64,000 bases of DNA from Okamejei kenojei (Eukaryota): assembly GCA_035221665.1 (NCBI GenBank), contig CM069141.1, positions 30,504,001 to 30,568,000 of the forward strand, given 5' to 3'. The notes under the pieces were generated by a model. That model was not told the origin of the DNA and ran no database searches. It saw nothing but the letters and a program-made list of their open reading frames with translations. Made by a program: the position numbers and the translations under genes. Shown piece by piece: positions 26,420 to 39,427 of this stretch; positions within the stretch are counted from its first letter, which is position 1, and each line of letters starts with the position of its first letter.

Positions 26420-26835
26420 GATATGATTGCACTTTAAAAGGTGCAGAGGAGGTTTACCAAGATGTTGCCTAGTTTGGAGCATTTCAGCTAAGAGGATAAA
26501 TTTGGCAGGCTGGGCTTGTTTTCTCTGGAACAGAGAGAGCTGACCAGTGACCAGGTACAGATGTACAAAATAATGATGGACACAGATGGTGCAGATAATG
26601 AGAAACCTTTCACCATTGTAGAAGTGTCTATGACCAGAAGGTGTAGGTTTAAGGAAAGCAAAAGGAGATTTAAAAAGGATTTGAGGAAGGTATTTTCCAC
26701 ATTGAGCGTTAGCAAAACCTGGAATCTAATGCCTGATGGGATGAATGAGGTAGGTACTCAAAACAACATTCAATAAATATTTAGCTGAGGCACTTGAAAT
26801 GCCAAGGCATTGGCGGCTATGGGCTGATTGATGGA
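26420..26835 (+). mobile_element. CR1 ORF2 C-terminal fragment
   Basis: VQRRFTKMLP..LGLFSLEQREL..QMYKIM (ORF 26516-26776). Confidence 0.85.
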
Positions 26836-27264
26836 AAACTCCCCATGACATATTAATGTCATGGGGTCATAAAGTACAGAAACAGTCCATTCAGCCCACC
26901 ATATCGACGCATCACCATATCATCAAGTACATATTTATACTAATCCCATTTCCCAGCACTTTATTTCATGTTGAGATTGCAGTTTACCCATAATCTTTAA
27001 ACATGGCCATTGGGATTCTTCTTCCCTGAGCACAGTAGGATTACTAGGATATAGAATACCTGCGGTAGGGATGCAGGCATCCAACAGAACAGGGGCACAT
27101 ATTACAGAGGTGACAAAAAGCAATGTAATTATTCACCTCTACTCCTCAAGGGGAACAAATATTTTTAATGCAATGACTACATTAAAAATTACTGCTTACA
27201 AATAATTCAAGAAAAAGCAGCCTTTCAAAGCTGATGGTGAAACCCCAAACTGAACTCCATTATC

Positions 27265-29872
27265 AAGTTCAAGTTCAAGTGAGCATATTGTCATGTGTCC
27301 CTGATAGGACAATTAAATTCTTGCTTTGCTTCAGCATAACAGAACATAGTATGTTCCCAATGTTGGGCGAGTCCTGAACCAGGGACCACAGTCTTAGAAT
27401 AAAGGGGAGGTCATTTAAGACTGTGGTGAGAAAAAACATTTTTACCCAGAGAGTTGTGAATTTATGGAATTCCCTGCCACAGAGGGCAGTGGAGGCCAAA
27501 TCACTGGATGGATTTAAGAGAGAGTTGGATAGAGCTCTTGGGGCTAGTGGAGTCAAGGGATATGGGGAGAAGGCAGGCACGGGTTATTGATAGTGGACGA
27601 TCAGCCATGAACACAATGAATGGCGGTGTTGGCTCGAAGGGCCGAATGCCCTCCTCCTGCACCTATTTTCTATGTTTCTATAGTAGGCATTGACTACAAA
27701 ACAGATCAGTGTGTCCATATACCATTATATACATAAATACACACACGAATAAATAAACTGATAAAGTGCAAATAACAGACAATGGATTATTAATGTTCAG
27801 AGTTTTGTCCGAGCCAGGTTTAATAACCTGGCTGTGGGGAAATAGTTATTCCTGAACCTGGTCATTGCAGTCTTCAGGCTCCTGTACCTTCTACCTGAAG
27901 TCAGCAGGGAGATGAGTGTGCAGCCAGGATGGTGTGGGTCCTTGATGATGCTGCCAGCCTTTTTGAGGCAGCGACAGCAATAAATCCCCTCGATGGAAGG
28001 AAGGTCAGATCTGATGATGGACTGGGCAATGTTTACTACTTTTTGTAGTCTTTTCCTCTCCAGGACGCTCAAGTTGCTGAACCAAACCACGATGCAACCG
28101 GTCAGCAAGCTCTCTACTGTGCACCTGTAGAAGTTAGAGAGAGTCCTCCTTGACAAACCGACTCTTCGTAATCTTCTCAGGAAGTAGAGGCGCTGATGTG
28201 CTTTCTTGATAATTGCATCAGTGTTCTCGGACCAGGAAAGATCTTCAGAGATGTGCACGCCCAGGAATTTGAAGCTCTTTACCCTTTCAACCATCGACCC
28301 GTTGATATAAACGGGACTGTGGGTCCCCATCCTACTCCTTCCAAAGTCCCCAATCAGTTCCTTGGTTTTGCTGGTGTTGAGGGCCAGGTTATTGTGCTGG
28401 TACCATATGGACAGTTGCTCGATCTCTCTTCTATACCCTGACTCATCCCCATCAGTGATACGTCCCACAACAGTGGTGTCGTCAGCGAAGTTGATGATGG
28501 CTACGCAGTCATGAGTATAGAGTGAGTACAGCAGGGGACTGAGCACGCAGCCTTGAGGTGCTCCCGTGCGTCCAGGTTTTTGTAGAGGTAGGAGTTGATT
28601 TGCGCCATGATCAACCTCTCGAAGCACTTCATCACCACAGGCGTTAGTGCCACAGGTCGATAGTCATTGAGGCACGTCACCTTGCTCTTCTTGGGCACTG
28701 GTATAATTGATGCCCTTTTGAAGCAGGTGGGAACCTTAGACCTCAGGAGTGGTTGAAAATGTCCGTAAAAACTCCAGCCAGTTGGTCCGCACAGGTTTTT
28801 AGAACACGACCAGGTATGCCATCAGGTCCAGGCGCTTTTCGAGGGTTCACTCCTCTGAAGGATTTCCTGATGCCGGCCTCTGTGACTGTGACTGAAATAC
28901 CTTCACAGCGAATGGGGGCTCGGGAAGGCACATCGGTGTTCTCCCTATCAAAGCATGCGTAAAATGCATTGAGCTCATCAGGGAGTGATGTTTCGCCGAC
29001 ATTCGAGCTGCCTCCTGATTTTGCCTTGTAGGATGTGATTGCATTCAGGCCCCGCCACGGCTGCCGAGCATCTGTCTCATCCTCCAGCTTGGAGCAGAAC
29101 TCCCCTTTGGCCTTTTTGATGGCCTTACCAAGGTCGTATCTGGACTTCTTGTAGACCATTGTATCATCAGACATGAATGTCCGGTGTCTGGTCTTCAGAA
29201 GAGCGCGGATCTCAAAGTTCATCCAAGGTTTCTGATTGGGAAACACTCGGATGGTTTTTGTGGGGATGCAGTCCTCCACACATTTCTTAATGAAGTCTGT
29301 AACGACTGTGGCGTATTCGTTCAAGTCCGTTGCCGAGTCCTTGAAAATTGCCCAGTCGACAGACTCCAAACAGTCCTGAGGTTGTTCCTCTGCCCCCCCC
29401 CCCCCCCCCCGATCAGCTCTATACTGTCCTCACCTCTGGGGGTGCGCTCTGTAATTGCTGCCTGTAGGCAGGAAGAAGCAGCACCGCGGTATGGTCGGAT
29501 TTACCGAAGTGAGGGTGAGGAATAGAACGATAGGCATTCTTGATGATGGTGTAGCAGTGGTCGAGGGTGCTTGGTCCTCTGGTGCAGCAGGAGGCATGTT
29601 GGTGGAAGTTGGGGAGTGATTTCTTTTCGTTTGCCTTATTGAAGTCCCCAGCAATGGTGATAAATGCCTCGGGGTAAGACGTCTGGTGTTTGTTGACTAC
29701 GGCATGCAACTCCTCCAGTGCCAGACGGACGTCTGCCTGGGGTGGGATGTAGACCGCGGTCAGGATGATGGAGGTGAATTCCCTCGGAAGGTAGAAGGGA
29801 CAGCACTTCACCGCCAGATGTTCCAGGTGCGGAGAGCAGGAGTTGGACATTATGGCCTCATTCATACGGTCC
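27265..29872 (-). mobile_element. Rex1/Babar LINE, 5'-truncated (APE endonuclease plus RT pseudo-ORF)
   Basis: ORFs 29419-29865 (AVYIPP, AGDFN, LDHCY, SDH), 28743-29369 ([10 protein letters not shown]), 28501-28698 (NDYRPVALT) and 27797-28627 ([21 protein letters not shown]). (ACTTGA)n tail at 27265-27280. Internal RT deletion near 28568 and poly-C expansion at 29393-29410. Confidence 0.95.
27352..27679 (+). mobile_element. CR1 3' fragment inserted in the Rex1 3' UTR
   Basis: FTQRVVNLWNSLPQRAVEA motif and ttctatgtttctat tail. ATAGTA at 27346-27351 and 27680-27685. Confidence 0.92.
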
Positions 29873-30213
29873 TCTAAAAGTCAGAACAGCTGGAATTCAT
29901 GGCATAGGATTTCACATTTCCTTTGTCCTCTCTCATGCCCAATGGAAATCACTCAACCTACCTGAATCCTTGATGAAACACTGAGCACATCAGAGGACAC
30001 TTACCAAAATTGAAAGGCCAATTATTTTTGGGACCTGCAACTACCGGGTTAAACATTATTTAGTCCAATCACATTGATAACACAGTGCCTCATATACTTT
30101 GCATCATATTGGCTAAGGGAACACAAGCTGTCACTCTGATTAGTATTTGATGCCATGGAATGAAGGCCGAACTCAGTGTTTCCCACCATATGTCTCCATA
30201 ACATTATCATCAC

Positions 30214-30290
30214 AAAGGTTGACACAAATTGCTGGAGTAACTCACCGGGATAGGCAGCATCTCTGGAGAGAAGGACTGGGCGACTTTTCA
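30214..30290 (-). mobile_element. Penelope-derived repeat fragment
   Basis: gacacaaattgctggagtaactca...ggcagcatctctggagagaagga. Confidence 0.8.
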
Positions 30291-32249
30291 GGTTTGGAAG
30301 AGGCTGCACAAAAGGGTAAAAATATATTTCTCTCAATATCCTGCAATAATTGTTCATGTTACAATTGGTTTCCTTTAAAGATTCTGCCCAATGTAGGGTC
30401 AAGCCATTGTGATCAGGAGATTTTAAGTGTGATTACCTGCTGAATTAGGGCATTTCAGCCAACAATGGATATGTTGTAATTGATGACACCCTGAATTTGA
30501 GAGAAGCACAGCTTCTGGCCCTTCTCCTTACTCAGTGACTAAAGCTGTAATGCTGTGAGTCTTGCTGATAAGTACGCATGTTCATTTTTTGAAGAAAAAC
30601 AGAATCAATCCTTTGAACAAACCTCACTAACTTGGCAATTTCCCACTGGGGCCAAGTACCAGAATGTTGCAATATTGTAGTTTAATAGTTAGTGGCAGGA
30701 AATGAAGAGAAATTTAAATATATATACATACTGGATCGAACATCATACCATCTTGTGTTAATACAATAGAAGTTAAAACCTTTAATTCTATCTGGACCAC
30801 TGAAAGTATAACATGTATAAAAGGAAAAAATAAATTATATCCCGCTGATTTCTTCCACCCATTCAAGTCTACGAAGAAACAATTAGTAACGGATGGCTGA
30901 ACAATGAGGAATGCATTTCAAAAGAAGGGCAATCGGGTTAGATGTATGAAATGTTGGTTAGCTTGGGGTCGGGACTGGACAATTCTGGCTCTATATTATG
31001 AAAACAAAATACACAGAGGCTTTGAATGAAACATTAAGATGATTTATAAGAGTGTTCTCAAAACTATAAAGCATAGAAGTATCTAGAAAGTCTAAACTAT
31101 TGGGACAGCTTGCTTTTGAAGGAATACTAAGAACAGTCCTAACAGGGTATTATGATGATTATATTTGCTTACTCAAGGTGGAGAATGTGGCACTTGCTAC
31201 TGCACCAAAATGTTGTGCTATTTAACAAACAGGTATTTAAGGGGCACCATGTTGATGTGAAAACAAATCAGGTAGAAATGCTGCCATAGTTAAATTAAGT
31301 AAGGTGGGAAACCAATAACAGTGGCTGAGACCAACTTGGTTGTTGTGCTTATTTCTATGATTTAAAGTTCTTTACAATAACACGTAACAATGAATTAATT
31401 GACATAAATGCTTGTATAATGTTACAAGATCACATCATAAGAATAGCGTTCATTAAGATCCTATCATGTGACTTATTTTAAAAAAAGAAAACAAAACATA
31501 TTAATATTTTAAAGATATTAAACAGATACACTTAATCCATTTATGTGTAACTGCTTTCAAAATCAAAATAAATATGATTTAAAATACACATGAAAATAAT
31601 TTTGTTCTAGCATTGGTTACTTATGTTGTAAAGCAAACAATTTTAAAACGCTTAGATTGGTTATTTGTGCTCAGAACCATTCTGTCTCGTGTACAAGCAG
31701 TTATTTATTTTCATCTGTACTTTTTTTTAAATAAGTAAAACTTCTGCAAACTAGAATAGCCAGACATTCAAATTATTTTGTAGTTTCATTTCTATTAATT
31801 ACTCGTTATCAACTTTCGCCTGTGTATTGATTTTCTTCTTGCCTTAACAGTCATCTCAGTTTATGCTGAAATCCACTTTTATGTAAAATATCATCTGGAT
31901 AAGCATATATGAAAATGTCATTTAGGCCGTTCTTTATGGCTTGCCTAACCTATCTTTGGACCTTGCATACATCCGTAAATCATTGGCCAAGTCTTATCAC
32001 CCATGAGTTGAGACTTCCCCAGAGAGGTTATTATATCAGCTTGAAGCTAGCTTAATGATTACAGGAATGGAAGTTAAGATAAATAGTGTGAGAAAGTGAA
32101 ACTGGCTGGGAAATCCAGTTTTTTTTAAAGAGGTATCTTTTGCTATAAAAATCCCAATTGTATACACGAGTCCAAGTATACCATTATGAATTGAGTTCAT
32201 CAAGTGGACTGACTTCTGATATATTATTGTATCAGCCAATCAAGACCAA

Positions 32250-32338
32250 ACAAGGGACCCAACCTGAAATATCATCTGACCATTCCCTCCACAGATTCTG
32301 CCTGACTCAATGAGTTCCTCCAGCACTTTGTGTTTTCC
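32250..32338 (+). mobile_element. Older Penelope-derived repeat fragment
   Basis: acctgaaatatcatctgaccattccctccacagat...gagttcctccagcactttgtgtttt. Confidence 0.65.
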
Positions 32339-32756
32339 TGAGGATTATTTGCAACTATTTGCAATATACAATGTGCCTCCATTGTATCAGCCAGTCACTT
32401 GGGAGTTGATTGATTTCAATAGAGAATGCTTTTGTCAGCACCTGTACCTTGGTTGCTTGCCTTATTAACCATCAACAACAATAAGTCTATGGACAATGGG
32501 GGAAAAAATGAGATGCTATTGCTTAAGGGAGTATCCAGAAACAACCAGGTATGAAGTTAATATAGGAGATTCTCCCTAAAGAGCATTAAGGATGGCAAGT
32601 ATTGCATAGCTCAAGAAATACAAGAAACCACAACAGTTGCCCTGTACATGGAATGAGTAGATGTATTCCTGATGGTGAACAATGTTGTTGAGGCAAGTGA
32701 GGCAGAATAAAAGTATATGGTAAACAAAAGGATGATGTTATCATTGGTGGTCAGTT

Positions 32757-32987
32757 GTGTTTAGTTTATTATCACGTGTACCAAGGTACAGTGAAAAAGC
32801 TTTTGTTGCGTGCCATCCAGTCAGCGGAAAGGTAATGCATGATTACAATCAAGCCATTTACAGATAGACACATGATAAGGGAATAATGTTAAGTGCAAGG
32901 TAAAGCCAGCAAAGTCTGACCAAGGATAGTCCGAGAGCCATCAATGAGGTAGGTAGTAGTTCAGCACTGCACTCTGATTGTGGTAGG
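32757..32987 (-). mobile_element. Rex1-type 3' UTR/tail fragment
   Basis: tttagtttattatcacgtgtaccaaggtacagtgaaaaagc. Same family as 47470 and 48620. Confidence 0.7.
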
Positions 32988-33059
32988 CCCAGGCACATTC
33001 AAGACATTGGTGCGTCTTTTGGTGCTACAAATCCAAGGACAAAGACTCTTACCAGGGCA

Positions 33060-33360
33060 TTGTAAAGACATAGAAGGAATATTTTTAACCTCAGTGCTTT
33101 CAGAAATTCGTGACACGTTCAACGAAAGACCAGAGGAAACAGTTGGTAGATGCATTGTACCAGTATTTCCCAATGTTGACTGGAATTCTCTTAGTGTAAG
33201 GGGCTGAGATGGGGTGGAATTTGTTAAATGCATCCTTGGTTTTTAAAGCAGTATGTAGGGAGCTCTAAAAGAGAGGGAGCTGTGTTTCACCTTATTTTTG
33301 GAACGAGAATGACAAGTGAAGGAAGAGTCTATGGAAGAACCTTTGTGAATACTGATCCCA
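33060..33360 (+). mobile_element. CR1 ORF2 endonuclease remnant
   Basis: FPNVDWNSLSVRG.DGVEFVKCI..FLKQYVGSSKREGAVFHLIFG resembles the CR1 APE C-terminal region. Confidence 0.75.
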
Positions 33361-33367
33361 CTGAGGT

Positions 33368-34910
33368 AAGTTTGAATTGTATTTAATTGTCATGTGTACC
33401 GTCATTGAAAGGTTAAATTCTTACTTGCTGCAAATTTACAGGTCCACTAATACAAGAATTCATAAATAAAGATACAATAAATTAATAATCAGTAACATCC
33501 GGTAACCAGACCACAATAGTGCAAAACTGTAGCCATTTAGTGCAACTAAAACAAAATCTTTAACAGATCATTGTTGCTGAGATTGGGTTGTGGTTGGTGT
33601 TGTGCAGTGTTCAAGAGCCTGATGTTTGCCGGGAAGAGGCTGTTCTTAAATCTGGAGGTCATGGTTTTAGGCTCGTAGAGCTTCCCCATGGTAACATCGA
33701 GATGAGCACATGGCAGGGTTATACGGGTCTTTGATGATATTAGCTGCATTTTTGAGTCAAGTCCTCCTGTACATCCTTTCGATGGTGGGGAGGTCAGTAC
33801 CCTTGATGGACCGGGTAATGTCAACCACTTTCTGTAGCCTCCTTCATTCCTGGGTGTACTCGCTCCCGAAACAGACCATGAAGGAATCAGTCAGTATGTT
33901 CCCTACCTGTAGAAGTTAGACAGCATTCAGTGACATACCGAATTTCCTCAATCCTCAAAGGAAGCAGAGGTGTGAATGAGCTTTCTTTCTGATTGCATCA
34001 ATACGCTGCTCCCAGGACAGATCTTCAAAGAGATGCACACCTCGGAACATGAAGTTGCTATCTCTCTCCAATGCCTTTTTTTTGATGAAGACAGATTAAT
34101 GGATCCTCAGCTTTCCCCTCCTGAAGTCAACAATCAGCCCCTTGATCTTGCTAATGTTAAGAGCAGGATTTTTATGCTGGCATCATTCAGTCAGATTATC
34201 AATCTCCCCTTTGTACTCCGACTCATCACGACCAGCTGTTCATCCAACAACATCAAATGTAAAGTTAGTTTTGGAGCTGTACCTGGTCACACAGCTCCTA
34301 TGTTGATAGTCACAGAGGAGGAAATGTTGTTGCCAATTCAGACTGATTGTAGTCTGCCGACAAGGAGGTTGAGGATCCAATTGCATAAGGTCGAGGAGAG
34401 ACAAGGTGTCCTGAGTTTGTAGATAGGTTTAGAGGGAATCATGATGTTGCATGCAGAAGTGTAGTCGATAAACAACACCCTTACCTATGTGTTCTTACTG
34501 TCCAAGTGTTCCAATGCAGACTGGAGTGTCAGCCAGATCTCCTGTTGATGTCTTGTGGTGGTAGACAACTTGTGGTGGATCCAGGCCCTCACAAAGGCAG
34601 GAGTTGATATGCATCAACCCTCCAAGCAATTCATCACCATGGATTACTATACCATCGGTTGGTGGACACAGGCATGTCGCTTTGCTCTACGAGTGAACCA
34701 GTATTATGTTGTACCGGTCTGAAGAAGGGTCTTGACCCGAAGCGTCACCTATTCCTTCGCTCCATAGAGAAGCTGAGTTTCTCCGGCATTTTTGACTACC
34801 TTCCAGTTTTATGGATGTCCTTGTAAAGCAGGTGGGGACCTCGTGCCTTAGTAGTGAGAGATTGAAGATGTTCACTGAAACTCCAGCCAGTGGTTCAACA
34901 CAGTATGGAC
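33368..34910 (-). mobile_element. Rex1/Babar LINE fragment, degenerate
   Basis: TSRFKNSLFPANIRLLN and IFNLSLLRHEVPTCF motifs, with a 3' UTR. The plus-strand ORF 33976-34422 is antisense to the RT. Confidence 0.88.
34716..34803 (+). mobile_element. Penelope-derived repeat with hammerhead motif inserted in Rex1
   Basis: GGT CTGAAGA A GGGTCTTGACCC GAAG CGTC ACC. Stem I and stem II pair, with one core substitution. Confidence 0.88.
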
Positions 34911-36707
34911 AAGGATAAGCTTAGACCTGAGTTATTCCTTTAGTGTCATGTAAGCAAATACATTAACATATACCTTGAATACTTCTTGCAAGAGAATAAT
35001 CTGGATAAAGTAACTTCAGAAGTCTGAAGCTGATGTCATGTTCCTTGAAAGTGTGTTATTTATTATGCATGACACCAATCAAAATACAATTGGGACATAC
35101 TAGTTCACAATCTTTGGACATTGTAGTCAACACTGGAAAAATAAAAACTAGAGGCACCTTTTGCTCAACATTCATAGGATGTGGTTAAAAATTCTGAATT
35201 AAAATATTTAAGTGAGGCTCTATGCTTCAGGCATCAAGGATAACCAACATCTGATATCACCAGCCACTCCCTACAATCAGCCCTCTTATTCTCCAGGCTG
35301 CACTGTTTCTCACACAATCATCTCCATCCCACCCCCAGCTCCACTCACCATGAGCTTGAACTCCAACAACAGGAAAACTCCCAGTTGTATTCTGCAGCTT
35401 TCTTGTGGAGAAATGCCCAACTAATAGAGAATTCAGCCTAATAATTAGTCTGGCTTCAAGATCGGAATCCTGTTGGATATGATACATACTGCACGGTATT
35501 TCCTGACCAGAACTCGTACCTGTCCAGGCTTGGTATTGCTACATGGAAAAGATCAAGACCTTTGAGTACATTAATTTCACAAATGTCAAGTGAATAATAG
35601 TTGGGAGCTTGTACAAAATAGATGGATATCATTAGTTTGGGTGTACAGTTTCAAGAAGTTATTTGAGAATTTTGGTTCTTTTGAGGCATGTTATTGTAAG
35701 GCAACAACTTAACAGCAAATGTTATGTGCAAAATGAATTAGTTTCCCCTATCTTAACTGCAGACATTTTTTTTAAACCACTCGTTGGTCATAAATAATAT
35801 TAAATAAATTTATGTCCCACATATTATTAATTTACCAGAAGTCCGCAGATTTTGAGGAAGGAAAAAAATGACTTCTGGATAATCCATTCAATTTGTACGC
35901 CTGTTTCTTTTGAATGCGGCTCACAGCTATTCAGGAAATCCTGGTAATTGTCTATGGGAAAGCCACAGGAACTGTAACCTTTCAAATCTGTAATTGCTCC
36001 TTACAGAAAGAGTGTTTAAGGTTTTATAATTTAAAGTTCCTTAGCAACAAGGTCCGTAGACATGAATTATGATATTTTCTGGGTTAATGTCACAGATAGG
36101 GAAATCAACTTCCATATGTACAACTTCACTCATTCACCATTTCTGTTGGCACCCTGATTTTCTTCATGCTGTGAGAATGCTTGTCAGATATCACATTCTT
36201 AAGGCGTCATATTTTTAGCATTGGCAATTACAAATTGACTACCATCTATGCCAGCTACAGATGCTGCTTCTTTGTTATTAACTTCATCCCTTTGGATGTG
36301 CCAATCTCAGTCTAAGCCACATTATTTATATGTTGGGCATGCTCTATCAACATGATCTGAGCTTTAAACCCCACATACTTTCCATCAGCAAGAGTATTAA
36401 CTGCTGCCTCAGCAATATGTCTCTTCTTCACTTGGCATGCAGCCCTTCCCTCACTGAAACCTGTACACTTATGTTTAGAGCTTGGCCATTTCAAAGATTA
36501 TCCACTGGTCTGCCATTCTCTAACTAACCTTAACTAACTACAGTTATCCAAAATTCTGTGACTTGTTATTAAGTTATTTCTGAAAATTCCTTCAGTTTTG
36601 TATTTCACCCTGAACTCTTTTTTTTGTATCCTCACATCTCCCAGCTGTTGCGGACTAAGCAATCAGCTGCTTCAATCCTACTTCATGGAACACAATCCCT
36701 GAAGCCT

Positions 36708-36778
36708 TACATAGAAAACATAGAAACTAGGTGCAGGAGAAGGCCATTCGGCCCTTCGAGCCAGCACCGCCATCAATT
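36708..36778 (-). mobile_element. CR1 3' tail
   Basis: acatagaaaacatagaaa...aggccattcggcccttcgagccagcaccgccat. Confidence 0.85.
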
Positions 36779-36879
36779 TATCTTACCTCTTACAATGGTC
36801 TCTTTGAATTAGGTGTTAGCACTCCATTACCACTGTTAATTCCAGTCATGATATTTCTTTATATACCCTTGTCAGGGTC

Positions 36880-37235
36880 TGGTATGGCCCAATCTATAGC
36901 ACCTTTGCTTCTGAATGAGAGTATTGTAGGTTTGGGTTCCAGAGACTTGACATGAAAAGCTTGGATAATTCTTTAGAGCATTATTTATTTAATGCAGGAA
37001 ATCTAATGATACTATGTTTTGAATGACATGTTAAGGCAATAATTCTGCTGCTCAACTCGACATGAGAGTTTCTATAACACCATTTTACAAAAAATTGTAC
37101 AGATCTCCTTGATATCCAGAAGGTATTTTCCCCCATAATTACCTGATAAATCAGCCATTTGATCAATTTCACATAACTGTTTGTGTTTGGTGCTCGGTAA
37201 GTACAGATTGGTTGTTGCATTTCCTCTACTGAAAT
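36880..37235 (+). mobile_element. Ancient Deu-domain SINE (SacSINE1/AmnSINE1-like), degenerate
   Basis: tRNA-like head ...ccagagacttga, then tcacataactgtttgtg...gattggttgttgcatttcct, collinear with the Deu-SINE consensus as recalled. Confidence 0.5.
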
Positions 37236-37239
37236 CAAG

Positions 37240-37787
37240 CACGCAGGTACAGTATGCAGTGCCAAAAGCTAATGGCATGTTGTTAACCTTCATGGCGAGA
37301 GGATTTGAGTTTAAGATCAAGGAGGTCCTACTGCAGTTGTACAGGGCCCTGGTGAGACCGCACTGGAGTATTGTGTGCAGTTTTGGTCTCCAAATTTGAG
37401 GGAGGACATTATTACTATTGAGTGAGTGCAGCATAGGTTTGCCAGGTTAATTCCCGGGTTGACGGGACTGACATGATGAAAGAATGGGTCGACTGCGCTT
37501 GTCTTCACTGGAATCTTATAGAAACATACAAAATTTATTGGACAGGGTAGATGCAGGAAAATGTTCCAGATGTTGGGGAGTCCAGTTTAAGAATAAGTGG
37601 TAGGCCATTTAGGACTGAGATAAGGAAAAACGTTTCCACCCAGAGTGTTGTGAATCTGTGGAATTCTCTGCCACAGAAGGCACTGGAGGCAAGTTCACAG
37701 TATGTTTCCAAGAGGGAGTTAGTTTTAGCTATTAGGGCTAAAGGAATCAAGGGATATGGGGAAAAAGCAGGAAATGGGTACTGATGT
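37240..37787 (+). mobile_element. CR1 ORF2 C-terminal fragment
   Basis: KANGML..RGFEFKIKEVLLQLYRALVRPH and TQSVVNLWNSLPQKALEA. Confidence 0.9.
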
Positions 37788-37882
37788 TAGGTACAATTCA
37801 AAATATCATTTTGCGAGGTGATGAGGAGGCAAGTATTGCACATATAAAAGAACACCAAAATTATTTAAAATCTCAACACATT

Positions 37883-38694
37883 AAGTGTGAAGTGCTACAT
37901 CTTGGCAGGACAAATCAAAATAAGAAGTACATGGTAAATGGTAGGGAATTGAGGAATGCTGTGGAACAGAGGGATCTAGGAATAACTGTGCATAGTTCCC
38001 TGAAGGTGGAATCGCATGTAGATAGAGTGGTAAAGAAAGCCTTTGGTGTGCTGGCCTTTATAAATCAGAGCATTGAATATAGGAGTAGGGAAGTAATGTT
38101 AAAATTGTACAAGGCATTGGTAAGACCAATTCTGGAGTATGGTGTACAATTTTGGTCGCCTAGTTATAGGAAGGATGTCAACAAAATAGAGAGAGTACAG
38201 AGGAGATTTACTAGAATGTTGCCAGGGTTCCAGCAACTATGTTACAGAGAAAGGTTGAACAAGTTAGGTCTTTATTCTTTGGAGCGCAGAAGGTTAAGGG
38301 GGGACTTGATTGAGGTCTTTAAAATGATGAAAGGGATAGACAGAGTTGACGTGGATACGTTTTTCCCATTGAGGGTAGGGAAGATTCAAACAAGAGGGCA
38401 TGACATGAGAATTAAGGGACAGAAGTTTCGGGGTAACGTGAGGGGGAACTTCTTTACTCAGAGGGTGGTGGCTGTGTGGAATCAGCTTCCAGCAGAAGTG
38501 GTGGAGGCAGGATCGATTTTAACATTTAAGAGTAAAGTGGATAGGTATATGGACGTGAAGGGAATGGAGGGGTATGGTCTGAGTGCAGGTAGAAGGGACT
38601 AGGGGAAAACAAATGGTCGGCACGGACTGGAAGGGCCGAGAGGGCCTGTTTCCGTGCTGTAATTGTTATATGGTTATATGGTTTATATGGTTAT
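37883..38694 (+). mobile_element. Young 5'-truncated CR1 LINE with uninterrupted ORF2 C-terminus
   Basis: About 240 codons open (KCEVLHLG...DLG...LYKALVRPILEYGVQFWSP...FFTQRVVAVWN) to the stop at 38602, then a 3' UTR and (ttatatgg)n tail. Confidence 0.95.
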
Positions 38695-39051
38695 CAAGAA
38701 ATAATTAATGGAACAGTTAGTCTGTTAAATTGTCATCTGAGAATTTACCTGCTTCAAGAAATCAATGCTCATGAAGATAATCTTGAAGGGAGAGATTTGT
38801 GACTCAGTAGTCAAGACCAAAAAATCCAATGTGTCTTTGTAATATATAGTCGCAGATATAGAAGCTGACTCCAGCCATTTATTTTGCTCGGAATTGTAAT
38901 TTATGTTATCTTGTTTGTTCATGTCAGCATAAGGTTTCAAGTAATATATGGATATATATAGTTTTACAAATCAGCAATATAAAAACTTGAGGCTGTGAAG
39001 ATAGATGTATTAAGAGCTGAATCAAACACGCTGATTCTGGACTAGATTTTT

Positions 39052-39088
39052 AAGAAAGAACGGCAGATGCTGGAAAAATCGAAGGTAG
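39052..39088 (-). mobile_element. Penelope-derived repeat, left part (continues at 40958-41050)
   Basis: gcagatgctggaaaaatcgaaggtag and gtagacaaaaatgctggagaaac rejoin into the consensus across the LTR element. Confidence 0.85.
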
Positions 39089-39337
39089 TGTAGAGGCACC
39101 AAATGTGGTGAACAAACGGGTTATGTTATTCAGGCACAATAGGTTGCCTCGTGGGCTCGAGCTGAGCCCCTGCTGAGGTGGAAGGACACTCACCCAAAGT
39201 GAGATGCAAGCTGGTTAGCTCAAAGTCAGAGAGAGAGTGGGTTGTCCCGGGGTTCGTTATATACACCCCTATACCCCGTGACAACTCTTCCCTGCCTTTG
39301 CCCAGTTACGAGACCCTACCACCGACTGCTGAGGGTT

Positions 39338-39427
39338 AGATGATCAGCCATGATCATATTGAATGGCGGTGCAGGCTCGGAGGGCCGAATGGCCTACTAC
39401 TGCACCTATTTTCTATGTTTCTATGTT
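39338..39427 (+). mobile_element. CR1 3' tail inserted in the 3' LTR
   Basis: gatcagccatgatcatattgaatggcgg...ttctatgtttctatgtt, absent from the other LTR. Confidence 0.9.

Noticed and set aside
33249-33365. Exon-like segment ending GAG|GTAAGT
   Set aside because: The translation matches the CR1 endonuclease region, so it is a LINE remnant.
33976-34422. 148-aa plus-strand ORF
   Set aside because: It is an antisense reading of a Rex1 RT fragment.
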